From IMG/VR virus record IMGVR_UViG_3300025913_000021, positions 32,001-96,000 of that record: 64,000 nucleotides of DNA. One strand, written 5' to 3'. The stretch comes from a virus. The notes beneath the pieces were generated by a model that searched no databases, was not told the origin of the DNA, and was given only the letters and a program-made list of their open reading frames with translations. Made by a program: the position numbers and the translations under genes. Below, one piece after another: positions 20,200-31,184 of this stretch (position 1 is its first letter; every line of letters starts with the position of its first letter).

Positions 20200-20538
20200 G
20201 TGACCACGCGGATGACGTACGCCGAGGCGCAGCGGGCCAACCGTCTGTACTCGGTGCTACCGACCCTGCCCAAGACCAACCGGCCCGAGTGGGCCACGTT
20301 CATCTACGGTCGATCGCCGGAGTTCAAGCAGCACAGCAACATCGGACACGCCAAGAGCGCGATCCACTCGGCTGGGCACGGCGTGCTCTACCGCTGGATG
20401 ACCTGGGACCACGAGGAGCCGAATTGGACGCCCGTCGCAATCGTCGAGAAGGGCGAGGTCAAGACCCACCCGGCAATGCAGACGGGGGCGAAGCCGATGA
20501 CTCCGGCGGTCGCGCACATGATCGAGGAGGAGCCGTGA
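20200..20538 (+). CDS. hypothetical protein ending HMIEEEP
   Basis: GTGA coupling; C-terminal tag. Confidence 0.75.
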   Translation: MTTRMTYAEAQRANRLYSVLPTLPKTNRPEWATFIYGRSPEFKQHSNIGHAKSAIHSAGHGVLYRWMTWDHEEPNWTPVAIVEKGEVKTHPAMQTGAKPMTPAVAHMIEEEP

Positions 20539-20957
20539 AGCGACTAGCCCGCGCGTTTCCTCGGGCGATCTTCGCCGCTGCGTCGGTCGCGTTCGTGTTC
20601 ATGGCGGTCAGCCATGCCGTGCACCTCGTACATGACCCGACAAGGTTCTACTACAGGGACTCCGAGCGAGCATTGGCCCTGTTCACGGTCATCGTCGTTT
20701 CGTGGGTCCTGGGCCTGTTGAGCTGCTACGTGCTGTTCCAGTACCAGCTCCGGAAGCGTCGGCGGGCCAACCCGCCGATCATGACGTTGCAGTGCCCACG
20801 ATGTCGAAACCCGTTCCCGATCACCGAGATCGCTGCTCACGTCGATGAGCACATCGCCGAGGCGCGTGCACTGTCCACGCACAACGGACCACCGATCACG
20901 GCGATCGTGCGCAACCCGAGCGACTCGGAGTGGCGCATCATCCAGGAGGGAGTCTGA
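20535..20957 (+). CDS. two-TM membrane protein with C-terminal zinc finger
   Basis: Two hydrophobic helices; CPRC...H; ends RIIQEGV. Confidence 0.7.
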   Translation: MKRLARAFPRAIFAAASVAFVFMAVSHAVHLVHDPTRFYYRDSERALALFTVIVVSWVLGLLSCYVLFQYQLRKRRRANPPIMTLQCPRCRNPFPITEIAAHVDEHIAEARALSTHNGPPITAIVRNPSDSEWRIIQEGV

Positions 20958-21874
20958 TGGCGAAGGTCTATTGCCCAGGCTGCAAGCAACTGCTCGAACA
21001 CGATCGCGGCCACCTGCCGCTGCACATGACCGACATCCAGCGCGGCCTGCTCGTCACCGGCTCGAAGGTGTGCGACTACAGCAACAAGAAGATCGTCACC
21101 GAGAAGGCGACCGCCGAGTACACGTACGACTGCCCGGACTGCGGGATGGAGACCTCGCTCAAGATCACCGAGGACTACCCGGGCGCATTCACCGACGGCA
21201 TCAAGCCCTGGATCGAGATCGACTGCATCGGCTGCTCGGTGAGCCACGACGGCTACTACTGCTCGAACCCGGGCTGTGGCATCGAAGTCCTGGAGCGGAC
21301 GAACGAGTTCTACCGCGTGTCCGATTCCGAGGGCAGATACCTGCCGAAGGAAACCGGCGAGGACAAGCCGGTCATGCACCGGGACTTCGACACCGAGGCC
21401 GACGCGGGGTCCTACATCGCGTCGATCACTCAGCCGGACGACGAGCCGGATCGGTACAACCTCGACGCCATGCCCTCGGGCTGGTACGAGGTACGCAACG
21501 GCGTCGCTGGTGACAGCGACTGCCGAGCAGCGCTGCACGACCCGAAGCTGCTGCTGATGTCCGGTGGCAGCGCCTACCACGTGGGCGTGCTCAGGCCCGA
21601 GTTCCACAAGACGGTGCGCGTGACCGACGGTCACGTCATCGACGAGGAGCCCGAGCCCGGCGAGGTCATCCTGGCCACGGACGCCGAACCGGTCGCAGTG
21701 GACGGGATGCTCATCTGCGACTGCTGCAACCTTGCTCGACCCGAACTGCCCTACGAACACCAGTACGACGACGGGCGTCCCTCGCAGGTCTACTGCCAGG
21801 AGTGCTACGACGCCGGATGTGACGACGAATGCGCCGTGCGCGCCCGAGCCCGACAGGGGAGGACCCATGCCTGA
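20957..21874 (+). CDS. Cys-rich hypothetical protein
   Basis: Many CxxC pairs; internal HVIDEEP. Confidence 0.7.
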   Translation: MAKVYCPGCKQLLEHDRGHLPLHMTDIQRGLLVTGSKVCDYSNKKIVTEKATAEYTYDCPDCGMETSLKITEDYPGAFTDGIKPWIEIDCIGCSVSHDGYYCSNPGCGIEVLERTNEFYRVSDSEGRYLPKETGEDKPVMHRDFDTEADAGSYIASITQPDDEPDRYNLDAMPSGWYEVRNGVAGDSDCRAALHDPKLLLMSGGSAYHVGVLRPEFHKTVRVTDGHVIDEEPEPGEVILATDAEPVAVDGMLICDCCNLARPELPYEHQYDDGRPSQVYCQECYDAGCDDECAVRARARQGRTHA

Positions 21875-22247
21875 CAAGAGCACCCTCACGAAGATCGAAA
21901 TCCGCTACATCCCGAACGCCAAGGTCGGGCCGTTGTTCATGAAGGCGCAGCTCGGTGACCCGAGCGCGTTCCTTCCGGTCAACGAGCTGGACCTGATCGA
22001 CATGCCCGGCATGGACGCCAGCCGCCGGGCCGTCTCCCACCCGAAGAACCTGGAGACGATCTACAAGCACTACCAGCGCATCGACGACACGCCGGACGAG
22101 CGCTGCACGCAGCTCAAGGTCCGCTCGATGTCGGTCGGGGATGCGATCGTCGTGAAGGGCAAGGCGTACTACGTCGTGTCCGACGGCTTCGCCTTCAAGG
22201 ACGAGAGCGGTGCTCTCGTGCCGGTGACCCCCGAGAACTGCGGCTGA
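21867..22247 (+). CDS. YodL-like protein
   Basis: LETIY...RSMSVGDAIVV...AYYV..DGF signature. Confidence 0.7.
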   Translation: MPDKSTLTKIEIRYIPNAKVGPLFMKAQLGDPSAFLPVNELDLIDMPGMDASRRAVSHPKNLETIYKHYQRIDDTPDERCTQLKVRSMSVGDAIVVKGKAYYVVSDGFAFKDESGALVPVTPENCG

Positions 22248-22626
22248 TCGGAGACCGTCGTGTCCGCACCCACCGTCGTCGGCACCTTCCGGTGCACCTG
22301 CTGCTGTAGCGGCAACCGGATCGAGCACACCGACGAGGACTGCGAAGTTGGCTACATGCGCTGCTCTGGATGCAATTGCGTCAAGGCACGCATGGGGTCG
22401 GCCACGCAGATCACGCTGCGGGTGCAGGTGTCGGGCGCACTCACGATCGACACCGTAGAGCGGGCTGCCGAGCTGGCGCGAGCGCTCGGAGCCACGGACG
22501 ACCTGGCGATGGTCCGTGGCTCCGACAACGTGCACTACTTCGAGGTCTCCGGCCAGGGCGCGGTCAACGCGCTGGAGATCGCGAAGCTGCGTCGTGACCA
22601 CCACGGCAGGGCACACAGGAGCTGAG

Positions 22627-23013
22627 TTGCCGAAGCTGACCCTCCAGGGGTGTAAGCATCCGATCCTCCAACCGTGGGGAGCGGACTACGACCCGTGGAC
22701 GAGCGAGGGCTCGAAGCAGGTCACCTGCATGGTCTGCTACGAGCGCCTGATCGTCGAGGACGACCAGCCCGCCAACCGCATCTTTGGTCGTCGCGGCGGC
22801 GCAATGGACAACTCGAAGCTGCCTCGCGCCCAGCCAGCTCTGCCGTGCGAGCACCGAAGCAAGACGCCCATCCAGAAGCCCGAGAAGTTCACTCACGGCG
22901 ACTACACCGATGCGCTCTGCGAGACGTGCGGCGTCGTGCTGCGTCACCCCGAAGGCCCCGGCCAGTGGGAGGAGGTGATCTTCAATGGCTATGTCATCCG
23001 AGAGGAGCCCTGA
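22627..23013 (+). CDS. Cys-rich protein ending YVIREEP
   Basis: Start uncertain (TTG); C-terminal tag. Confidence 0.65.
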   Translation: MPKLTLQGCKHPILQPWGADYDPWTSEGSKQVTCMVCYERLIVEDDQPANRIFGRRGGAMDNSKLPRAQPALPCEHRSKTPIQKPEKFTHGDYTDALCETCGVVLRHPEGPGQWEEVIFNGYVIREEP

Positions 23014-23014
23014 C

Positions 23015-23323
23015 GTGCCCACCTGCATGCGCTGCGAGCGGACGTTCAGCTCGCATCGGGGTTTGGACATCCATCGAAATCGGGCTCACCCGGTCTCGGA
23101 CAACTTCGTCATCGACTTCCTCAACCTCCCGCACGCACAGCAGGAGGAGGTTCTGCGCATCGTCGCGCCGGACGGCAAGCCGATCGACCTGGACCAGATC
23201 GTGCCTCGGATGCTGGCGATCGTCAGTTCACCGCAGAGCCGTGCCGAGAACACGACACTGCGCTCGGCGCTGGCGAAGATCACCGGAGTCGAGTACCGCT
23301 ACATGATTTCGGAGGAGCCGTGA
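23015..23323 (+). CDS. C2H2 zinc-finger protein ending YMISEEP
   Basis: CMRCERTFSSHRGLDIHRNRAH. Confidence 0.75.
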   Translation: MPTCMRCERTFSSHRGLDIHRNRAHPVSDNFVIDFLNLPHAQQEEVLRIVAPDGKPIDLDQIVPRMLAIVSSPQSRAENTTLRSALAKITGVEYRYMISEEP

Positions 23324-23589
23324 CGATGACACTGCCTCCGGCGATGCCCGCCTGGCAGCCCCAGGACAAGCGCCCACTGCCTGATGCGATCGGCACGGGC
23401 ACGCAGTACGTCAAGGAGTGCGCCAACAGCCAGCGCGACAACGGCTACCACTTCCCGAAGTGCGGCGTGCTGATGTCACCGGACGAGCGCTCGGACTGGT
23501 GCGCGTCCTGCGGTCTGCGGATCTTCTTCCACCCGGCTTCGCAGAACTGGTACAGCGCCACGTGGCACCTGATCATCGAGGAACCATGA
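23320..23589 (+). CDS. small Cys protein ending HLIIEEP
   Basis: Coupled start; C-terminal tag. Confidence 0.7.
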   Translation: MTMTLPPAMPAWQPQDKRPLPDAIGTGTQYVKECANSQRDNGYHFPKCGVLMSPDERSDWCASCGLRIFFHPASQNWYSATWHLIIEEP

Positions 23590-24062
23590 GCGGCGTCGGG
23601 CACGCGGCACTCACGTGGTACTGCATCGACTGCGCGCACTACTTCGACGACCCGATGGACTCCAACGCTCACGTCCGCAAGACCGGGCACACCGCGCGCT
23701 GCGTCAACATGGCCGATCACGACACGTGGGTCCATGACGAACGCGACGACGTACCGCTCACCCGCAAGACGCAGCTCGTCAGAAAGGCTGCTCGTCAGTT
23801 TCGGACGGGCGAGGTGCTGTACCTGTTCGGGTGCGACACCGGGCCGGAACTCTACGGCGTGCTGCGCGGCGCGTTCGTCATCACCGAGAAGAAGCACCAG
23901 TCCGACACGGGCGTGAGCTTCTTCCTGCGTCACCAGTACGTCCAGCCCAACAAGCCGTGGTCGGGTCCGGGTCGCAGCTACTTGGTCGAGTTCGCACGCG
24001 ACCAGTTGCTGTACCGGCTCTCGGGCACGCCGGTCACATTCGTCATTCGGGAACTGCCGTGA
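23586..24062 (+). CDS. zinc-finger protein ending FVIRELP
   Basis: CIDC...HVRKTGH; C-terminal tag. Confidence 0.7.
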   Translation: MSGVGHAALTWYCIDCAHYFDDPMDSNAHVRKTGHTARCVNMADHDTWVHDERDDVPLTRKTQLVRKAARQFRTGEVLYLFGCDTGPELYGVLRGAFVITEKKHQSDTGVSFFLRHQYVQPNKPWSGPGRSYLVEFARDQLLYRLSGTPVTFVIRELP

Positions 24063-24262
24063 CCGCCGAACTGCCACAGCTACGCGATGCGCTCGTGGAG
24101 CTATTCAGAGAGCACGAAGATGAGATCACCGAGGAGTACGGCGACTACGGCTACGGCGGCGAATGGCACGACCTCGGTCGTCGTCTCGTTCCCGAGTCTG
24201 CTGCCGACTTGGTGATCCGATTCCTGGCTTCCAGGACGTACGTCATACAGGAGACGCCATGA
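24059..24262 (+). CDS. small protein ending YVIQETP
   Basis: Coupled start; C-terminal tag. Confidence 0.7.
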   Translation: MTAELPQLRDALVELFREHEDEITEEYGDYGYGGEWHDLGRRLVPESAADLVIRFLASRTYVIQETP

Positions 24263-24693
24263 CGAGACCAGCAAGCAAACGCGCCCGCATCCTGGTCAAG
24301 GGGACGGCGCTGCACTTCTTCGACGCGGGCCTCGGCCAGCGCGGCAGTGACAAGTTCTATCGGGCTTTCGTGTACGAGCACCCGGCGGGCCAGTGGCACG
24401 CCGTAATGTGCTGGGGCCGCGACGGCACCTACGGCCAGAGCAAGGCCGAGGACTTCCCCACCGAGTACGACGCCAACAAGGTGATCCAGCGGAAGATCGC
24501 CGAGAAGATGCGCCACGGCTACGAGATCATCGGCAACGGCGACGCGGTGCTCGACATCGCCTCGTCCATCCGGCTGGAAATGCTCGGCGTGGAGTTCATG
24601 CACGCCGTCGCGCAGCGCGACCCGGACAAGAGCCGGATGAGTGGAGGCATCATCATCCAGGAGGAACCGGACCTGATGGACTTGCTGGGCTGA
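24259..24693 (+). CDS. WGR domain protein
   Basis: SDKFY...WGRDGTYGQ...EKMRHGY. Confidence 0.85.
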   Translation: MTRPASKRARILVKGTALHFFDAGLGQRGSDKFYRAFVYEHPAGQWHAVMCWGRDGTYGQSKAEDFPTEYDANKVIQRKIAEKMRHGYEIIGNGDAVLDIASSIRLEMLGVEFMHAVAQRDPDKSRMSGGIIIQEEPDLMDLLG

Positions 24694-24758
24694 GCCCCTA
24701 GTCCAATCCGAACATCGGACTACGCTCAACCTCAACTTCACCCGTCGATAGGACTCCG

Positions 24759-25118
24759 ATGAACAAGATCGCCTCAACACGTCAGGTCGCCCAAGTCGCT
24801 CAAGGACTGAGCGACGCGTTCCTGCGGTGCCGCGACATCGGCCACCAGTGGAGGCTCTACTACCAGCACCGCGAAGGCTCCGTGATCGTGCGGAAGATGT
24901 GGTGCCCATCGTGCAAGACGAACCGCAAGACGAAGATCAACCGCTACGGCGAGGTCGTGTCCAACAGCTACGACTACGACGACGGTTACCTCATCGAGGG
25001 ACTCGGCCGCGTGCAGGGTCGCAGCAAGGCGCTGCTCCGAGCCGAAGCGATCAACCGCACACCCGAGATCGACCTCGACTACCGCATCTTCGAGGAACCC
25101 AGCACTGCCGACCTGTAG
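24759..25118 (+). CDS. hypothetical protein with near-terminal YRIFEEP
   Basis: CRDIGHQW...CPSC. Confidence 0.7.
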   Translation: MNKIASTRQVAQVAQGLSDAFLRCRDIGHQWRLYYQHREGSVIVRKMWCPSCKTNRKTKINRYGEVVSNSYDYDDGYLIEGLGRVQGRSKALLRAEAINRTPEIDLDYRIFEEPSTADL

Positions 25119-25127
25119 GAGGCCGAC

Positions 25128-26009
25128 ATGACCGAGCCCACGGCTCCCACGCCCACGGAGGCGACCCCGTACAACCCGGGTGGCGACATGACCCAGGGCG
25201 TCGCCCGAGCGCACATCGAGACGCCCGAGGAGATCGCCGCCAACCCGATCGACGACGAGCCCAACACAACCTGCATGGCCTGCCTCGGCGGCGGCTCCGA
25301 CCTGGACGAGCCCTGCCCGGCCAGTGAGTCCGGCGAGCACGTGTTCGACGCGACCGAGGACGAGCTGCCGACGCCGTACCCGACCGACGAGGACGACGAG
25401 CGCACCCGCCGCGAGTGGCAGGAGGCGCACCCGGAGGCTCGTGAGCGTCCGACCGCTCCGCCGACCACGACGACCCCGCCGACCGAACTGCCGATCAGTG
25501 ATCTCGCCGACCAGGCCAAGGGTCTCCTCAACCAGTGGAAGGACCAGCCTGCCGAGCCGTACAGCACCCAGCACGCCAAGGTGCTGCGCTTCGAGCTGAG
25601 CATCGGCAAGAACGACGACGCCCGCACGCTGGAGCGCTTCGAACAGGACATCCGCGCCGCCCTGGCGAAGATCGAGGGCGAGCCGATCCACAACGTCACG
25701 CTCCAGGGCGGCTACTACATCATCGACGGCAAGGTCTGCCTCCCGGCCGACTACGACCCGGCGACGAAGAACCGCAAGCCCGGCACGTACCCGCCCTCGT
25801 GGGCCGGTGGCCCGGAGAAGGGCAAGGAGCGCGAGTACCTCGCCGCCCAGGACGACGAGCCGGTGGCCAGTCTGCCCCCGGTGAAGGCGCAGCCCGCCAA
25901 GACCCGCAAGCCGCGTGCGAAGCGCGAGGAGCCCGCTCCGACCGACTCCGCCGAGGACGTGGTGGCGAAGCTGGCCGGGAACATGACCCGAGAGGTGCAG
26001 GCACAGTGA
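25128..26009 (+). CDS. acidic, Pro-rich hypothetical protein
   Basis: AGGAGG RBS. Confidence 0.75.
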   Translation: MTEPTAPTPTEATPYNPGGDMTQGVARAHIETPEEIAANPIDDEPNTTCMACLGGGSDLDEPCPASESGEHVFDATEDELPTPYPTDEDDERTRREWQEAHPEARERPTAPPTTTTPPTELPISDLADQAKGLLNQWKDQPAEPYSTQHAKVLRFELSIGKNDDARTLERFEQDIRAALAKIEGEPIHNVTLQGGYYIIDGKVCLPADYDPATKNRKPGTYPPSWAGGPEKGKEREYLAAQDDEPVASLPPVKAQPAKTRKPRAKREEPAPTDSAEDVVAKLAGNMTREVQAQ

Positions 26010-26596
26010 CCGAGGCGACCGCAGCGCCGGACGAGCGTCCGGTCGAGGAGCAGGACGAACCGCAGCCGTACGTCGTGCGTCTGCTGGCCACGGTGCCCGC
26101 TCACAGCCCCGAGGAGGCGGTGCTCGGCTTCATCGAGCAACTCACTGCCAACGGGCTGCGTAACTGGGTGTACGGCGTCCTGGACGCTGAGACCGGCGAG
26201 ACGGTCGCCGAACTGAACGGCTACGCCCAGGACCAGAGCGAGCTGATCGAGCGGCTCAGCGCCGAGCAGGAGGCCGCAGAGCGCGACCGAGAGCCCGACG
26301 ACGACGAGCCCGAGCCGGACGAGGCTGCCACGCCGGACAGCGACGAGGAGCTGACCCGACTCGCGGAGGGCCTCAATGCCGGACAGCAGTGATCTCGGTG
26401 CCCTGCCGGAGCCCCGGGCCAGCGAGGACGAGGAGTACGCGCGACTCCTCGCGGCCCGGCGGCAGGCGGTCGCCGCGATCATGGACGCCGAGCAGATCGA
26501 GCGCGAGGCAAGTGCGGCCCGGCGCAAAGCCGCACGACTGACGAAAACGTACGAAAGACTCCTTCTGGAGTGGCACGGCCAGCAACGGTTGCTCTA

Positions 26597-26950
26597 GTGG
26601 TCAAGACATTCAGCCGCGTGCCCATTTTCGATCGGCTCATGGCCCGATCGGAGTACCGGCCGTCTCCACCAGGCATCCCGACGCCGTGCCTCGTATGGAC
26701 GGGCGCGAGGACCAAGTTCGGATACGGCAACATCCGCTACCAGGGTCGAGTCGTGCTGATCCACCGCCTCGTCTGGGAGCTGCGCAACGGGCCGATTCCG
26801 CCCGGTATGCACGTCCTCCATCGGTGCGACAATCCGCCCTGCTGGGCGGAGGGGCATCACTGGCTGGGCACCAACGCCGAGAACACGGCGGATCGACAGC
26901 GAAAGGGTCGCTTCAAGGCTCGCGGGCCGAATAGAGTGCGGCCAAACTGA
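26597..26950 (+). CDS. HNH endonuclease
   Basis: CLVWTGA..GYG..HRLVW..GPIP..VLHRCDNPPC..GTNAEN. Confidence 0.88.
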   Translation: MVKTFSRVPIFDRLMARSEYRPSPPGIPTPCLVWTGARTKFGYGNIRYQGRVVLIHRLVWELRNGPIPPGMHVLHRCDNPPCWAEGHHWLGTNAENTADRQRKGRFKARGPNRVRPN

Positions 26951-27008
26951 ATCAATGATCGGATTGCGCGGCAGGTCCGCCGCCGATTTTCACCAGAGGG
27001 AGAAGCCG

Positions 27009-27737
27009 ATGACCGACCTCACGGCGCGCAAGAAGATGCTCGACACCCTCAGCGACGATCTCGTCTACGAGGGCTGGGACCTACCGTGCAAGCTCTGGAT
27101 GGTCCTGGGCAGCAACGAGGACCCGTACCTGGAGTTCGTCGGGAACTACAACATGGACCCGAACCACTGGTGGATGCACCGCGCCGAGGAGGGCTCCGTC
27201 AAGGACCACGTGATCGGCCTGGTGACGTGCTGGGAGTCGTGGTGCTACCCGAAGGCGCTCGGCGACTACTTCGACCAGCACCGCGAGAAGGGCGGCGTCG
27301 CGCTCCAGGCGTACAGCGCGATCATCGGCCCGCAGGGCCACCCGGACCACGGGAACCTGCGCTCGATGATGGCCGTGTTCCGCGACGGCGAGGTCATCAA
27401 GGTCGAGCACTTCGACACGGGCGAGAAGAAGTTCAACGCGATGTCCGATCACCCGCTCACCGGGTCCGTCGGCGACGAACTCGTGGACTACATGCGCTGC
27501 GTCATCGGCATCCACTCCTACGACCCGAACCCGCTGCACCGGATCTCGGAGCTGTTCACCAGCAGCGCGGAGATCCAGTCGATCATCGACACGGCGAAGC
27601 GCGAGAACTGGCCGTCGGTGCGGCTCTCGGCCGAGATCTTCAAGCACGCCCCCGAGGACGTGCAGCAGGAGCTGGCCCGCACGATGCCGGAGGAAGTGCG
27701 GAGGTACCTCGATGCCGAGTCCCACCCGCAACCCTGA
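27009..27737 (+). CDS. hypothetical protein
   Basis: GGAG RBS, coding-like codon bias. Confidence 0.75.
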   Translation: MTDLTARKKMLDTLSDDLVYEGWDLPCKLWMVLGSNEDPYLEFVGNYNMDPNHWWMHRAEEGSVKDHVIGLVTCWESWCYPKALGDYFDQHREKGGVALQAYSAIIGPQGHPDHGNLRSMMAVFRDGEVIKVEHFDTGEKKFNAMSDHPLTGSVGDELVDYMRCVIGIHSYDPNPLHRISELFTSSAEIQSIIDTAKRENWPSVRLSAEIFKHAPEDVQQELARTMPEEVRRYLDAESHPQP

Positions 27738-29422
27738 GGCGCTGAACCAGCGCTGCCTGGAGCTGCTCACGGAGCAGCCAAACGCGCAGATCATGGCGTG
27801 CCGTCCTGCCGACTGGAACGACTACCCGCCCGAATGTCAGCCGGAGGCGATGGGACTCACTCTCGCTCCACTCGACCCGGGCTGGATCGACGTGCCGTGC
27901 CAGGTCTGTGGCATCACCTGCCGGATGGGGCCACGTCAGCGCACGCAGTACGAGGCGTTCCCGAACTCCTTCCTGATCGGCGACTTCCTGTGCGCTGCCC
28001 GGATCGCAGCGATCTGCGACGCGCAACCCGGTGGCTCGGCGTCGATTCGCCACCTCGGCGGGCGCTGATGCCCGGCCGTCAGTACGAGGTCGTCGCCTAC
28101 GACCGGGAGACGCGCCAGATCACGCTGTGCTCGAAGGACACGCACGAACTGACCACGGTCACGTGCATGGACGACACCCTCATCAACGCCCTGACCGCCC
28201 TGGAGAGGACACCGCATGGCCCAGTGGGGAACGACGGAATCTGACGAGCAGCCGATTCGGGGACAGCGCATCTTCGCTCCCTGGACCGACGAGCAGGTGA
28301 CACAGCTCAACGCTTGGCAGCAGTCCGGGTACATGCATCCCTTTACGTGCGGCGGCTCCGTGCACGACGGCAACGTGCACGGCGAGCGACCCACGCTGTT
28401 CGCCGAGCGTGACGGCTGGGTCTGTCCCGACACGAACTGCGACTATCGGCAGAACTGGGCGCACTCGTTCATGGCGAGCCCGGAAGTGCTGACCAACATG
28501 GACGACCAGCACAACCGACTGCTCAGTGAGTTCTTCGACGCCCAGCGTCAGCGGGCACGGGCATCCGCCAAGCGTCTGCCGTCCCCCGAGCCGGAACCCC
28601 AGTGGGCTCCGACGGAGCAGCTCATCGAGGAAGCGTGCGAGGTCATGCACGACGCCTACGAGAAGGCCGCTCTCGGCACTGGTTGGGCCACGAATCCCGC
28701 ATCACGCAAGCCGTGGGCGGACGTGCCCGAGGCCAACAAGGAGACGATGCGTGCTGCCGTTCACGCGCTGCTCGTCTGGCTCCAGAAGGGGGCGCCATGA
28801 GGCAGGTCAAGACGAAAGAGGACTTCGCCGAGATCACGGCGATGGGCTGGTCGGGCTGCATGCACGACAGCGACTGCGCGTGCAGCGACGCCACGCAGGA
28901 GCGCGACCGCAGGATCTTGAACGATTGGGCGCAGCGTCCTCGTCGTCGTCGGCGCACTCCAGCCAAGCCGAAACCCGATCGCACCCTGCTCGACGGTGAG
29001 TCGATGATGATCCAGACACCGCACGGCCTCGTCTGGATCAGCGCGCTGGTCGGCACGAGCGTCGTTGTCTACGACAACCCGGAGCACAACCCGGTAGCGA
29101 TGATCAACCTGCCGAGCCACGCATGAGCAGCAAGATCAAGGACGTGATCAACGGCCCGTGGCCGTTCGTCGCGCCGACACCCATAGGTGAGGGCTGGGGC
29201 TGGGGCTCACGCCTCATCGAGATCGCCTTCACTCCGGTCGGCATCGTCTTTTGGACGTGCGTCTGGATCGGACGTGGCTTCATGTGGATCGGCGAACGGC
29301 TGTTCCGATGAAGGCGTATCCGTATATCCCAGGCGTTCCCGCCGCTGGTCACGTAACGTCGTCCGGCTACTGGCATCCAGGAGCGATTCACAACTGCTGC
29401 AAGTGCGAACCCAAGGAGACAC

Positions 29423-30154
29423 GTGACCGCCGTCCGACTCGACAATCCGTACTGGCGGATCGTCGAGAAGTTCCCTAACTCGGGCCTGCGCTGGAGTAAG
29501 GGCAGGTTCGAGCCTGAGAGTTACCCCATCATCAGCGACCTGATGGAAGCCCATCGCAAGGGCACGCCACTGCCGGACCTCGCGAACTTCGACGAGAACA
29601 AGAGCCCGACGCGCTCGTCGCTGGTGAAGCAGTTCGCCTGGGCGATCCCGTCGGATCAGACGCTCGCCTGGATTCGCAAGAGGCTGCTCGGCCGCGAGGT
29701 CGTGGAGATCGGCGCGGGTCGTGGCTACTGGGCGTGGATGTTGGAGCAGGTCGGCATCCCGGTCACCGCCTACGACGAGAAGCTGCTCGGCCTGGGCGAG
29801 GAGATCGGCTACTTCAAGGACGCGGGCGAGCACACGTACCACGAGATCCTGCGTGGTGGTCCGGAGAAGGCGGCGCTGCACCCGGACAAGGTGCTGTTCC
29901 TGTGCTGGCCTCCGTACGACGACGACATGGCCGTGAACTGCCTGCGCGCCTACCAGGGCGACACGCTGATGTTCGAAGGCGAGGGCGAGGGTGGCTGCAC
30001 GGCCAACGACGCCTTCTTCACCGAGCTGGCGGTCAACTGGGTGGAAGTCGATCAGCACTACCCGACGCAGTGGTCGGGCATCCACGACTTCCTGACGATC
30101 TACCGACGCAGCGAGCGCCAGATCGACCTGACGATCATCCGAGAGGAGCCCTGA
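29423..30154 (+). CDS. class I SAM-dependent methyltransferase-like protein ending TIIREEP
   Basis: VVEIGAGRGYWA motif I; LFLCWPP. Confidence 0.75.
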   Translation: MTAVRLDNPYWRIVEKFPNSGLRWSKGRFEPESYPIISDLMEAHRKGTPLPDLANFDENKSPTRSSLVKQFAWAIPSDQTLAWIRKRLLGREVVEIGAGRGYWAWMLEQVGIPVTAYDEKLLGLGEEIGYFKDAGEHTYHEILRGGPEKAALHPDKVLFLCWPPYDDDMAVNCLRAYQGDTLMFEGEGEGGCTANDAFFTELAVNWVEVDQHYPTQWSGIHDFLTIYRRSERQIDLTIIREEP

Positions 30155-30555
30155 TGAGCTTCGACAGCACCACGAGGGTGCACGTCACCGACCCGGCCTT
30201 CATGAACGCCCTGCTCGGTCGTCGCATCGTGGCCATCGACGACGAGGCGACCACGCTGATCCTGGACAACGGGGTCCGCATGGAGTTCGAGGTCGATATC
30301 TCGGACTGCTGCTCGTCGGTCGTGCTCAAGAGCCTGGCCACCGACGAGAACGTCATCACCAACGTCGAGGTCGCCGACAACGAGGACGAGACCGGTGGCG
30401 AGGGTGCGTACCGCGCGTGGATCCACGTGATCACCGAGGCGGGCGAGCTGAACATCGCCGAGGCCGAGGGCGACGCCTCGAACGGCTACTACCTGCACGG
30501 CTTCGCACTCGCCGTCACCATCACCACTCCGCACCTCATCCAGGAGCACCCATGA
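30154..30555 (+). CDS. hypothetical protein ending HLIQEHP
   Basis: SDCCS...SNGYY; C-terminal tag. Confidence 0.75.
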   Translation: MSFDSTTRVHVTDPAFMNALLGRRIVAIDDEATTLILDNGVRMEFEVDISDCCSSVVLKSLATDENVITNVEVADNEDETGGEGAYRAWIHVITEAGELNIAEAEGDASNGYYLHGFALAVTITTPHLIQEHP

Positions 30556-31184
30556 CCACACCGATCGAGACGCCCACCAAGACCCACAACGACGTGCGCC
30601 TGGAGATCCGCGCTGGCTTCGGCGGGATGCCGCTGAGCATGGCCGGGTTCCTGCTCCAGGCGATCGGCACCGCCTACCCGCACACGCAGATCGAGACCCA
30701 GCACGCGACGGGCATCAACCTGCGCATCCCGTACGAGGACTTCCTCGACTTCGAGGGCCTGCCCGAGGGCGCGCTCGACGAGGTGCTGCCCGGCAAGGAC
30801 GACCCGGAGACCATCGCGTTCACGAACGGCTTCACGAAGGGCGGCGCGGGGATCAGCCCGCCGCCGTGGCTGGCACAACTGCTGGCCACGACGGCGGGCA
30901 TGCTGGAGGAGCAGCTCACCGACGACGTGGCTCCGAACTACATGGAGCTGACGATCATGCCGCAGGACGGCGGCGAGCCCTTCAAGTGGATCATCTGCAA
31001 GCGGGGCAAGCCGTCGCCGCACGATTTCAGACGAGCAGCCGAATCCCAGGTCGAGGCTCTGCTCCAGTGCATCCGCGACGCGATGGCCGAGATCGAGATC
31101 CAGGTGAACGAGGTCGAGGCCGCTGGCCTGAACGCCCTGCACCTCAAGAAGGCGTGGGGAAACCTCAACTCGCTGATCTCGTGA
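30552..31184 (+). CDS. hypothetical protein
   Basis: ATGA coupling. Confidence 0.7.
   Translation: MTTPIETPTKTHNDVRLEIRAGFGGMPLSMAGFLLQAIGTAYPHTQIETQHATGINLRIPYEDFLDFEGLPEGALDEVLPGKDDPETIAFTNGFTKGGAGISPPPWLAQLLATTAGMLEEQLTDDVAPNYMELTIMPQDGGEPFKWIICKRGKPSPHDFRRAAESQVEALLQCIRDAMAEIEIQVNEVEAAGLNALHLKKAWGNLNSLIS

Noticed and set aside
18018-20303. Long antisense ORFs (e.g. 761 aa here, 6414-8198, 15074-16459)
   Set aside because: They are shadows of real GC3-biased genes on the opposite strand and carry no motifs.
20200-25118. Classical integron attC cassettes
   Set aside because: Genes overlap with no intervening palindromic attC sites, and the recombinase shows no obvious IntI-type insertion.
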